A stretch of DNA of 25,994 nt from Candidatus Hydrogenedentota bacterium (GCA_034408725.1 JAWXCN010000213.1:1-25994); one strand, 5' to 3'. Counted from the first letter of the stretch, positions 17,028-25,792 are shown. A program made the numbers and translations. The notes: generated by a model not told the origin, from the letters alone.

Positions 17028-19103
17028 CTACGCCTCTTCCACACGCACCAACCCCTGAAAATACAGATGGCGACCCGCGGAAAACCGTAATCGGCCCGCT
17101 TCCGGCGTCCTCAAAGCCTGCAACACCCGGGCGCTCTCGCGAAACCCGGTATTGATAGCCGTCATCCGGCAGGGGACTTCCGTTGCGGTACACTTGAGAA
17201 TAACAGAAGGATAAGCTCTTGACAAGGCTTTCGCGATGGCCCCGGCGGCGTAATCCCGATTTACATGCCGCCAATCCTCGAGTCCCGGTTCGAAAGTGGG
17301 AAAATCGCCGGATTCGTGGTCAGTCTCCCACCGGTCGTATTCCGTCCGGAGACCTATAGAAGTATGGTATTCCTGAACCTCGATGTCTTCAAAGACTTCG
17401 AGCCATATCGTCAGATGTGCAGCCCCCCCGTGTACGTCGATCTCCCAATGTTGCGCGAACGGAAACCGCCGGGACCTTCCGCTCACACGAAGCACCGAGC
17501 CACTTGCCTGAACTGGACCCCAGTGGAGATTGCTGCTGTCATTCCAGACATTGTGAATCAACATTGAGGTGTATATACCCATCGCCTTTGTGAGCTCGTC
17601 GCCACGCCAAAACAGGCGAAACATGCCAGCGGAGACCCGAAGCGACAAGTCCCCGTCTTCGAGCGTCTGACCGCGCCGGTACCGTTCACGGAGGGCAAGC
17701 GCCCCCATAATATCCGCCGACAAGTCCAACTCGATCCGGAGCAGTTCATGATGACCGGGGGCAAGGGTACGCTCTGCTCCGACCTGGTCGATGACCATTT
17801 GCAGCACGCGGCAACCCATCACGTAGTCGGTGTTCGACCATTGCATCCGGTAATATTTTAGCGGGCCCGCCGTACGAACAATGAGGGGCGGAGGACCGGC
17901 CGACAGATCGGTGTACGCCGCTGCGTCGCGCACGACGGCATCCGCCGCCAACACCTCGATGAAATCATGGTGCTCCGGCAGTATGTCGGGGAACGCGCCT
18001 GATTCGTCGCGGTACACCCAGCGGGTATATCCGTTCGACAAAAACAGGTTGATGTCGATTCCGTCCAATGGCACGGGGCGCTCGCATTCGATTTCGCAGG
18101 TCCACGTGAGCGCGCTGCCGGTCACCTGCAAGCGCCACGTGTGTACAAGCGGCAGGCGCGGCATTTTCCCCGCCGCCACGCAAGCGTTGTCGCTGCGTGC
18201 GGCAACGTTCCATTCCGCGGCGGTCGACGAATGCATGCCGCCCAGACTGCGAATGTGTACCTGAAAACCCGATGGGGCGCTAATCTCGCGGCGATCGTGG
18301 AACACGGAAACGCGGCCATGACTGAGAATCGCCTCGATCTGGCCGGACGAAATGGCGTGAATGCCTTTCTTCTGCCCGATCTGGCGCAAGTAGTAGTCGA
18401 TGGTTTCCTGCGTCGAGCCGCGCTCGACCATGCGGCCCTGGCTCAGCAGGATCACGCGGTCGCACAATGCATTGACAATGCTGAGGTCGTGGGACACGAA
18501 CAAGATCGTCTTTCCATCTTCGCGCAACTGGCCAATACGCTCGCGGCATCTCCGCTGAAACTCCTCGTCGCCAACGGAAAGCACTTCATCCACCAGAAAC
18601 AAATCCGGGTTCGCATGCACCGCAACCGCAAATCCGAGCCGCACAAACATACCGCTGGAATAGGTGTCCACCGGATTATCGATGAACTCTTCGATGCCGG
18701 AGAACGCGACGATATTGTCAAACACGACATCCACATCGGCGCGCGTCATGCCAAGAATGCGCCCGTTGAGATAGACGTTCTCACGCCCAGTCAGCAATGG
18801 ATGAAACCCCGCGCCCAACTCCAGCAACGATGCGACCCGCCCACGAATCGTTACCCGGCCCGAAGTTGGCGCGGTCACACCCGCAAGCATTTTCAACAAC
18901 GTGCTCTTGCCGGAACCGTTCGCACCGATCAGCCCAACTGATTCCCCCGCCTTCACGGACAACGTGATATCGCGCAACACCTCGTGCCGCGCATGCTTCC
19001 TTCCGCGAAGAAAATCCCCCAATCCCCCACGACCCAGCAGCATCCCCGCGCCACGCCGTGTAGAGAAGGATTTGGAAACATTTTCGAGTTCAATTAGTGG
19101 CAT
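17028..19103 (-). CDS. wzt: Polysaccharide-export ABC ATPase (Wzt/TagH-like) with ~450-aa duplicated C-terminal extension
   Basis: Walker A GANGSGKST, LLELGAGFHP, YSSGM signature, FLVDE, VSHD; two homologous C-terminal repeats. Confidence 0.9.
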   Translation of the reverse strand: MPLIELENVSKSFSTRRGAGMLLGRGGLGDFLRGRKHARHEVLRDITLSVKAGESVGLIGANGSGKSTLLKMLAGVTAPTSGRVTIRGRVASLLELGAGFHPLLTGRENVYLNGRILGMTRADVDVVFDNIVAFSGIEEFIDNPVDTYSSGMFVRLGFAVAVHANPDLFLVDEVLSVGDEEFQRRCRERIGQLREDGKTILFVSHDLSIVNALCDRVILLSQGRMVERGSTQETIDYYLRQIGQKKGIHAISSGQIEAILSHGRVSVFHDRREISAPSGFQVHIRSLGGMHSSTAAEWNVAARSDNACVAAGKMPRLPLVHTWRLQVTGSALTWTCEIECERPVPLDGIDINLFLSNGYTRWVYRDESGAFPDILPEHHDFIEVLAADAVVRDAAAYTDLSAGPPPLIVRTAGPLKYYRMQWSNTDYVMGCRVLQMVIDQVGAERTLAPGHHELLRIELDLSADIMGALALRERYRRGQTLEDGDLSLRVSAGMFRLFWRGDELTKAMGIYTSMLIHNVWNDSSNLHWGPVQASGSVLRVSGRSRRFPFAQHWEIDVHGGAAHLTIWLEVFEDIEVQEYHTSIGLRTEYDRWETDHESGDFPTFEPGLEDWRHVNRDYAAGAIAKALSRAYPSVILKCTATEVPCRMTAINTGFRESARVLQALRTPEAGRLRFSAGRHLYFQGLVRVEEA

Positions 19104-19121
19104 TGAAAACCAAATGGGATC

Positions 19122-19775
19122 CTAGATAGCAAAAAACGTTTGTGCAAAATCGAAGTAGATATCATGACGAACGATCTGGCCTTTGCGCGGGCGCAATTCT
19201 AAAACCATCGGAATCTGAGTCACGTGACCGTTATCAATAGCAGTCTCTAGCCATATGAAGGCAGTGCCTTGCGGAACGTCGCGCAAATAGAAATTCGGGG
19301 TCGAAAACTGCCGCGACTGTAATACATACTGCCGCTTATCCAGAAATTGCGGGAATACCTCCGCGAATCGTACGATATTACGCGACGATACTAACGGGCT
19401 ATTCTTATGGACTGTTTTTTGATCCGCTGTTTCCCACCAAATCCCAGGAATATTCAGATCAAAATCTCCGGGTTTATGGTTTGCGGAAAAGTAATCTAAA
19501 ATCCGCTGACCGTCCGTCGTGTACATCATCATTGCCATACGAAACGTTCCATCAAATGCTCGAGGCAGATCGAACTTAATCTTGCCGATGGCAAGATTGG
19601 TTTCCGATAAGCCATTCAGCGGGATGTAGGGCGTCGACTCCGTTTGAATGAGCAAATGGTAAAGTCGCGCCTCGATAGCCTCGTCACCCGAAGATGGTGC
19701 GCAACCTGCGCATGCCAACACAACCAGGACAAGAGTTAACGAACCGGTAATCCGTATAGTAGCTAATGCGATCAT
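19122..19775 (-). CDS. Hypothetical lipoprotein (217 aa)
   Basis: ATG at 19775 overlaps the wzm stop (ATGA). Signal peptide LTLVLVVLACAG|C with lipobox-like Cys. About 46% GC in a hand-counted sample. Confidence 0.7.
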   Translation of the reverse strand: MIALATIRITGSLTLVLVVLACAGCAPSSGDEAIEARLYHLLIQTESTPYIPLNGLSETNLAIGKIKFDLPRAFDGTFRMAMMMYTTDGQRILDYFSANHKPGDFDLNIPGIWWETADQKTVHKNSPLVSSRNIVRFAEVFPQFLDKRQYVLQSRQFSTPNFYLRDVPQGTAFIWLETAIDNGHVTQIPMVLELRPRKGQIVRHDIYFDFAQTFFAI

Positions 19776-20626
19776 AAGTGATCCGCGATCGTGGGCGCTG
19801 CCCTGCGAAATACGACAAGTCCGATGACCACCGTGAACGCGGCGCATACTACGGGCCAGCCGATAACGCTCAGTGCCGGAAACGTGTTGTCCAGAAACGC
19901 CGTGCGATATCCCGTCACGAGTCCCACGAGCGGATTCAACATGTACAATTTCAACAGCAGCGGGCGTCCCGCGGCCGTGGCCTGCACGTCGGCCAGCGAA
20001 TAAAAAATCGGTGTTGCGTAAAACCCCATCATCAGCGCGACTTCGACGGTATACCCGACATCGCGGAACCGGACATTCAAACTCGAACACAACAGCGCCA
20101 GCCCTACTTGCAGCATGCATTGAATCGCAAAAATCACTGCGACCCACACCAGCCCCACGCCAATCGAGCCGCCGAGCCAGAGTTGCAGCACGACCAGCAC
20201 CGCAAACCCAATCGCGAGATTCACCACGCTGTTACCCATTGCCGCTATCGGCACAATCTCGCGCGGGAAATAGACCTTCTTGATGAGGTCGGCATTTTCG
20301 ATCAGCGAAGTTGTCGCGCGGCTTAGACACGACGCAAAGAATTGCCAGAAGATGAGCCCGCACAGGAGCACGACCGCGTAGTGGGGTTGAGGTCCGTCGC
20401 CGCCCGGCGTTCGCTGGTTAAACACGACGCCAAACACGAAGTACAGCACGAGCATCATCAATAGTGGTTGAAGTACGGCCCAGACGAACCCCATCACAGC
20501 GTTGCGGTAGCGCGCGCGAATGTCCTTGGAAATGAGGTCCCAGAGCAGGCCGCGCGCGCGCACGGTGTCGCGCAACGCCTGCACGATTCCTTGCCCGTCA
20601 ATGTTTGAATAGACAACCGATGTCAT
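19772..20626 (-). CDS. wzm: Polysaccharide-export ABC permease (Wzm/RfbA-like)
   Basis: KDIRARYRNAVMGFVWAVLQPL, LIKKVYFPRE, FRDV, FYATPIFY, LNPL. ATG at 20626; the ORF extension upstream runs through a REP repeat. Confidence 0.93.
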   Translation of the reverse strand: MTSVVYSNIDGQGIVQALRDTVRARGLLWDLISKDIRARYRNAVMGFVWAVLQPLLMMLVLYFVFGVVFNQRTPGGDGPQPHYAVVLLCGLIFWQFFASCLSRATTSLIENADLIKKVYFPREIVPIAAMGNSVVNLAIGFAVLVVLQLWLGGSIGVGLVWVAVIFAIQCMLQVGLALLCSSLNVRFRDVGYTVEVALMMGFYATPIFYSLADVQATAAGRPLLLKLYMLNPLVGLVTGYRTAFLDNTFPALSVIGWPVVCAAFTVVIGLVVFRRAAPTIADHL

Positions 20627-20633
20627 GCGCGCA

Positions 20634-20662
20634 ACGGTAGCAAGGGGACTAGGGATAATCAA
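20634..20662 (-). promoter_or_regulatory. Putative promoter giving a (near-)leaderless wzm mRNA
   Basis: TTGATT-N17-TACCGT with a TG extension; the -10 ends 7 nt before the ATG and there is no SD. Confidence 0.45.
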
Positions 20663-20693
20663 TGAATCACCCCGAAATTTTGCGCGCAAACCA

Positions 20694-20793
20694 TTTTGGC
20701 GGCAGCGGGTAGCTGCCGCTTTCCATTCGGATGCCTCCGGGGCAAGGCTGATTGCCTTCCCAAAGCGGTAGCTGCCGCTACCGCACTCCAAGG
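20694..20793. repeat. REPIN-like inverted doublet of REP palindromes
   Basis: TTTTGGCGGCAGC..GCTGCCGCTTT, spacer, AAAGCGGTAGC..GCTACCGCACTCCAAGG. Confidence 0.85.
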
Positions 20794-20820
20794 CGCGTTT
20801 GGCCGTGAGGGAATTGTTGG

Positions 20821-22095
20821 CTAGCTGTTGCCCCCGCCGGTCTGATTCGTGAGGGTCTGCATCATGTCCACCATCGGTACAAACAATGCCAGGAACAGCA
20901 GGCCCACGACGATGCCGATGAACACCGTCATGATCGGCTGCATTAACTCGCCGATGGAGCCAAGGGTAATGTTCACTTCTTCTTCGTAGGTGTCCGCGAT
21001 GTGCTCGGCGATCTGGTCCAACTGGCCCGACTCCTCGCCTGTCACCAGCATGTCCGTCACGACCGGCGGAATGACACCGCTGGCGCGCCGGAGCGGCTCC
21101 TCGATGCCTTCGCCGCGCTCGACCGAATCGCGCACGTGCTGCATGACGTTTGACACCGCGGTATTGTGGATATTGCTACGCACGAGGTCGAGGGTGACCA
21201 TCATCGAAAGGCCGCTGCGCAAGAGCAATGACATTGATCGCGTGAACTCGACCACAGCGGATTTCTGAATAACCGATTTTCCAATCTTCGGGATTCGCAA
21301 TTTCCACCGATCAAATTTCAGGCGCCACCAGGGGGACCGGCTCAGTATTTTATAGGCCACGATCAGGCCCACGACCACGGAGATGAACCCGATGACAAAA
21401 TACCAGGAGCTCAGGAATTTAACCGCGCCGATAAACGCGATGGTGTATGCGGGCGGGTCAACACCCAAACGGTCGAACAAATCCTCGAATTCCGGCACGA
21501 CAACTTTCGCGATCAGCAACAATACCAAGGCCGCCGCGACCACCAGAATGCAGGGGTACCACATCGCGCTGATTACGCGCCGCCGAAGCATTCCGCGGCG
21601 TTCCCGGTACGTCACAAGCCGTTTCAGCACGATATTCAGCGTACCGCTGGCTTCCGCCGCTTTAATGAGATTGATGAACACCGGATCAAATTGTTTCGGA
21701 TGGCGCTCGAATGCCTGCCACAGCGCGTTGCCGCTTTCAACAAACTGCGTGATGTCGGCCACCAGCGCGCGAATGCCCGCGCGCTCGCCGCGCGTCGAGA
21801 GGATTGACAGCGAACGCAGCAGCGGCGTGCCCGCTTCGAGCAGCATGATGAGCTGTCGAAGGAAGGCCGTTACGTCGCGCTCTTTCACGTTGCTGCCGAA
21901 TCCGCGGCTGAAGCCGGCCCCGGCGTAAGACGCAATCGTCCGCGCCGGCGAAATCGTCTCCGCGCCGACCCCTTCTTCAAGGTCGAACGTGGAACGCGCG
22001 GTGACCCGCCGGGAACCCGCTGCCCGCTTTGGGCTTGCCGATCCGCCGCGGGTTGCGCGGCGAAGACCCTCGCCCTTATCGCCTTTCATCGCCAT
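20821..22095 (-). CDS. gspF: Type II secretion / type IV pilus inner-membrane platform protein GspF/PilC
   Basis: FLRQLIMLLEAGTPL, V..G..L..A, AAEASGTL, SAMWYP, VVPEF, TGEESGQLD, LALFVPM. RBS GGAGG. Confidence 0.9.
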   Translation of the reverse strand: MAMKGDKGEGLRRATRGGSASPKRAAGSRRVTARSTFDLEEGVGAETISPARTIASYAGAGFSRGFGSNVKERDVTAFLRQLIMLLEAGTPLLRSLSILSTRGERAGIRALVADITQFVESGNALWQAFERHPKQFDPVFINLIKAAEASGTLNIVLKRLVTYRERRGMLRRRVISAMWYPCILVVAAALVLLLIAKVVVPEFEDLFDRLGVDPPAYTIAFIGAVKFLSSWYFVIGFISVVVGLIVAYKILSRSPWWRLKFDRWKLRIPKIGKSVIQKSAVVEFTRSMSLLLRSGLSMMVTLDLVRSNIHNTAVSNVMQHVRDSVERGEGIEEPLRRASGVIPPVVTDMLVTGEESGQLDQIAEHIADTYEEEVNITLGSIGELMQPIMTVFIGIVVGLLFLALFVPMVDMMQTLTNQTGGGNS

Positions 22096-22140
22096 GACTC
22101 GTCATCCTCCATCAACCCGGCGGCCGCCTGGGCTGGTTCG

Positions 22141-23145
22141 TCAGTTCGTTGACTTCGGCGTCGCGGACTCATTCCAATACACAATGCGGCGCGCCGCATT
22201 TTCCGGGAAATAAACGACAGCTTCGATTGATCGCGCACCCAGGACATCGCGTTGATCGCCGCCGATGAGTTTATCGACAGTACCTTTGCTCGTAATCCGG
22301 AAGCAGCGGGATGAAAACGAAATTTCCTTCGGCAAGCCCATAGGATCGTCCGCACCCGGCTTGAAATTGAACCCACTCGGGTCTTTCCCCGCGGCGGCGG
22401 TCAAGGCCTCGAGTGACATAATCGGACGCGCCGCAATCACATTCGCAGCCACCTCTGGCGTCACGCCGAGCGCCGCTTCGATGACCGCGCTTGACGCGGA
22501 GTTGATGTTCACCACCGCGCCCGCGTCGCGCGGATTGCCCGTGCTGTGGACCGTCAGGTCGGCCGCGCGTTCGGCAGTCAATGCTTCCGAGGTGACCAGC
22601 CCGTAGCTCACCAATTCTTCCACCGTCGCCAGCCAGTGCCGTTTATCCTCGCCGGATGCCGGCGCCGAATCGTCAATCCGCGGGAGCTGCTCACGAATCT
22701 GGCGCGCTTTGTCTCCATCGATTTTGAGTACGGACATCAGCACCGTGGGCGGCGCAAGGTTTAGATTGATTTTCGCGCTCTCATCGGCAATGACAACACT
22801 TGCGCGTCCCGCGTATTGCTCATCCAGGACCGGCGCGTCTGAGATGACTTTCGACATCTTTTCCTGCACGTAAATTGGCACATCGACCGTCATCGGCGTT
22901 GCGAGCAATTCCGCGGCCGTCCCCGATGCAATAGCAGTTTGTAACTGCGCCACGGCGGTTTCAATCCCGCTTTTCGCGACCCATTCCGCGCGCTGATCGT
23001 ATTGATCGATCAGCATGTCTTCGCGTTCAATTTCCATTCCGCGATACATCGAGTATCCGATTGCCATGACGATAATGAGTACACCCAATGCAAAGATTAG
23101 CGCGGACCCCTCTTCGCTCTTGCGGCGATTGGTGATTCTATTCAT
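22141..23145 (-). CDS. gspK: GspK-like minor pseudopilin
   Basis: EEG|SALIFAL cleavage site without E5, DESAKINLN, VNINSAS HhH motif, C-terminal IVYWNE. Confidence 0.82.
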   Translation of the reverse strand: MNRITNRRKSEEGSALIFALGVLIIVMAIGYSMYRGMEIEREDMLIDQYDQRAEWVAKSGIETAVAQLQTAIASGTAAELLATPMTVDVPIYVQEKMSKVISDAPVLDEQYAGRASVVIADESAKINLNLAPPTVLMSVLKIDGDKARQIREQLPRIDDSAPASGEDKRHWLATVEELVSYGLVTSEALTAERAADLTVHSTGNPRDAGAVVNINSASSAVIEAALGVTPEVAANVIAARPIMSLEALTAAAGKDPSGFNFKPGADDPMGLPKEISFSSRCFRITSKGTVDKLIGGDQRDVLGARSIEAVVYFPENAARRIVYWNESATPKSTN

Positions 23146-23771
23146 GGAGCATGGACCTCAAGTACCGCTTTGCGCGCTGTCTGCATGCGGTGGATATTAT
23201 CTGGTGAACATACCGTGACGGACACACGGACGGCCTTGGGATGCCACGGTTCAGACCAGGCCGGAAGCCATTCGCCCGCGGCGTTCGCATATTCGACCCG
23301 CATTTGCAGCACCCCGCGCGCAACGAGCGTCGACGAAGTTTCGCCCTCGCCGCGTATTGAACGAAGCGTGCGCATCAGTTGCCATTCGCCATCGAGTGTC
23401 TGTTCGATGTGATATCCGACGAGTGCCGCGGCTTTGCCGCCGCCGAGCATCGGCAATTGCACCGGGACGGTAAACCTGTCCTGGGCAAGCGCGACGCCGA
23501 AAAGCTGTTTGTCGTCTTTCCCCACGCCGGTTTCGCCCTTAATCGCGAAGCCCGCAAGCTGTGTGTTCACGGCCTGCGACAAATCCTGCTCGATCGAGGA
23601 AAATACGGATTGTGCGGTACTGTCGAGTTCCGCGCCAATCTTGAGGTTCGACCAGACGTCAAGCACCCTAACGAGGATGACCGCCCCCATTCCCGTGGCA
23701 ATTGCCATGAGCGAAATGACGACCAACAGTTCCAGCAGGGTAAAACCGCGGTTCGGATGGCACTGTCTCAC
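23142..23771 (-). CDS. Prepilin-type minor pseudopilin (GspJ-like)
   Basis: RG|FTLLELLVV; GTG start overlaps the upstream stop (GTGA); C-terminal W..AW....PKAVRV. Confidence 0.82.
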   Translation of the reverse strand: MRQCHPNRGFTLLELLVVISLMAIATGMGAVILVRVLDVWSNLKIGAELDSTAQSVFSSIEQDLSQAVNTQLAGFAIKGETGVGKDDKQLFGVALAQDRFTVPVQLPMLGGGKAAALVGYHIEQTLDGEWQLMRTLRSIRGEGETSSTLVARGVLQMRVEYANAAGEWLPAWSEPWHPKAVRVSVTVCSPDNIHRMQTARKAVLEVHAP

Positions 23772-24274
23772 GGCTTGCCCTCCGTCACGCTGCGAGGTGC
23801 AAGTGTCGTAAGAGTATACCGTTGGGACTTGCTCTTGTCGGTCCAAAACACCACGACCGTCAACTCGCAGACCGGCGAATCGGGCGCGGCAGCACGGACA
23901 TAGGTCCGCCACTTGAAGTCTCTGTAAAATTGTTTGACGTGGTCGTCGCCCATGATAGTGATAGCCGACACCGCCGGCGCTTCGACCATACCCGCTTCAC
24001 CACCTTTGGCGACGTTCAGCAGTTGGTCGTTTGGCGTCGGCCATGTAAAGGACGCTGGATTCAGCCGCATCTCGGTGAGCACTTCATCGGCAATGTTTGC
24101 GGCGGCCCGGCGGTGTCGGATTTCACTGCCAAGGTCGAGACTGTTGCCAAACATCGAGACAAGCAGCGTGAGCGCCATCGCGAGGACAGCGAACGACACG
24201 AGAAGTTCAATGAGCGTAAAACCGGCGTCGCGCCGTTGCCCCGAAACTCCGCCTGCGCGAATGACTGAGGTCAC
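23768..24274 (-). CDS. Prepilin-type minor pseudopilin (GspI/PilV-like)
   Basis: AG|FTLIELLVS...LTVVVFW. GTG at 24274 with GAAGGGGA upstream; alternative ATG at 24298. Confidence 0.8.
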   Translation of the reverse strand: MTSVIRAGGVSGQRRDAGFTLIELLVSFAVLAMALTLLVSMFGNSLDLGSEIRHRRAAANIADEVLTEMRLNPASFTWPTPNDQLLNVAKGGEAGMVEAPAVSAITIMGDDHVKQFYRDFKWRTYVRAAAPDSPVCELTVVVFWTDKSKSQRYTLTTLAPRSVTEGKP

Positions 24275-24411
24275 TCGGACGATTCCCCTTCCGAGCATCC
24301 GCGCGGACTGGCGGATGCAGCTAACTGCGCGCTACGTTTTCCCTCGAACGTTGCGCGCAACCGGGCGTGCTGGAGCTCGGCTGCTTCCCGCCCCCGGTCG
24401 CGAGCGTGCCT

Positions 24412-24440
24412 ATCCTAACGCGGCGTACACCGCATGTCAA
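24412..24440 (-). promoter_or_regulatory. Sigma70 promoter of the pseudopilin-gspF operon
   Basis: TTGACA-N17-TAGGAT on the minus strand. Confidence 0.7.
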
Positions 24441-24527
24441 TGCCCAGTTTACAAAGTCGGTCCAACCCGCGAAAGATACGATCCAATCCAGTCGGCGTAT
24501 TTTGTCAACCATCCCCTTTGCCCGAAA

Positions 24528-24563
24528 TAAAAGCGGGCGGATGCATCCGCGCATCCGCCCCGC
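24528..24563 (-). terminator. Rho-independent terminator after the DUF1080 gene
   Basis: Stem GGGCGGATGC/GCATCCGCCC (24535-24560), followed on the minus strand by GCTTTTATTT. Confidence 0.75.
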
Positions 24564-24581
24564 GCTCAAGTTCAACTAAAT

Positions 24582-25745
24582 TCAGTTCTTCGGGTATTCG
24601 GCCGCCTTGATATTCTTGAACGATAAATCGGTCGTCGGATCGTGGCCTTGCAGGTGAAATGTGCCGGGGCCAGGCACGTAACCGTTCTTACCATCGTTGC
24701 CCGGATTCAACGGACGATTGTCGGTGAAATCGCTTACGTGATAGCCGTTTAACCAAACGGACGTGTGGTTGCCACTGCACACAATCGTTTTCGTAAACCA
24801 CTCGCCATCCGTCGTAATGACGTTGCGGGAAGGTTGGTTGCCGTAGTTTCCACCTGTTCCGAAATCGATTGGCTGCGTCCGATCGTTATCCTTCCATTGG
24901 TTGCGCACCTGCGATTCGTATCCTTTCCAGAATACCCCGACGGGCCCGCGATAGAACACGCCACTGTTCAGATGTTCGCCATTCGAGATAATGTCGAGTT
25001 GCAATGCGAAGTCCTTGAACAACTCGGTGGTTTCGATCTGGCCGTTGCCGTCTTTGATGTTCAACGCGCCGTCGATCACGCTGAACTTCGACTTATGCTC
25101 CGGAATCTCGCTCCAGCCGGCGAGGTCTTTTCCGTTGAACAGCGATTTCAGGTTCAGCGGTTGAAGTTTCGCATCGGCAACCTCGAGCTTGATGCGGTGG
25201 TCCCAACCTGCCGGTTTCGGAGAGCGGTCGCCGTGCCCGTAATAGAAAAAAGCGATGTATCCGCGTCCGCGCGTTGAGCCCTTCAACTCAACGTCCTTCC
25301 CATCCAACTTCGCAGTGAGGTCCGCGCCGTTCGCGGTGATTTCGACGGTGTGCCATTCTTTTCCACCATCTTTCGGTTCCGTGATGACCAGCATTGCGGA
25401 GCCATTCTCCGTCGGATGCCCTTCAAGGCTTGCGCGCACCGCGATACCGGCGATGTCCTCGGACGACACGCGCACCTTCGCGCTGAACACAAAATCCGCG
25501 AACTGGCTGGTCGTCGCCAACGCGCCGCCGGTGCCGTTCGCGCACACAATCGCGCCATCCTCGACGGCCCACTTGGCGTCGCCCGTCTGGTTGAAACCAA
25601 ACGTCGTCTCGCCGTCAAACAGGTTGATCCATCCCGCGGACGCTTCGTCCTTGGACAGCTTCTTGGGTTCCGCCGATGCCGCCCCGGCCATCACGAAAGC
25701 GATCATCGCGCAGTAGCACGCCGACCGTAGTAAACCGCCACACAT
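24582..25745 (-). CDS. Secreted tandem DUF1080 (3-keto-disaccharide hydrolase-like) protein
   Basis: Signal peptide ending AASA|EP; two domains starting GWINLFDGET and SLFNGKDLAGW; NSGVF, GYESQ and HLQGHD in domain 2. AAGGAG lies 7 nt before ATG 25745. Confidence 0.88.
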   Translation of the reverse strand: MCGGLLRSACYCAMIAFVMAGAASAEPKKLSKDEASAGWINLFDGETTFGFNQTGDAKWAVEDGAIVCANGTGGALATTSQFADFVFSAKVRVSSEDIAGIAVRASLEGHPTENGSAMLVITEPKDGGKEWHTVEITANGADLTAKLDGKDVELKGSTRGRGYIAFFYYGHGDRSPKPAGWDHRIKLEVADAKLQPLNLKSLFNGKDLAGWSEIPEHKSKFSVIDGALNIKDGNGQIETTELFKDFALQLDIISNGEHLNSGVFYRGPVGVFWKGYESQVRNQWKDNDRTQPIDFGTGGNYGNQPSRNVITTDGEWFTKTIVCSGNHTSVWLNGYHVSDFTDNRPLNPGNDGKNGYVPGPGTFHLQGHDPTTDLSFKNIKAAEYPKN

Positions 25746-25771
25746 ACGCATACTCCTTTGTTTTTTATTGG

Positions 25772-25792
25772 AGGGCGGGTTTTCAACCCGCC
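25772..25792. repeat. Small REP-like palindrome in the DUF1080 leader
   Basis: GGCGGGTT-ttc-AACCCGCC perfect 8-bp stem. Confidence 0.55.

Noticed and set aside
20627-20791. N-terminal extension of Wzm (and likewise of the DUF1080 ORF to 25937)
   Set aside because: These are translations of REP repeats and promoter DNA, not protein-like sequence.
24375-24392. GGAAGCAGCC, resembling SRP RNA domain IV
   Set aside because: The required upstream CAGG-stem-GNRA loop is absent and there is no long 4.5S-like rod.
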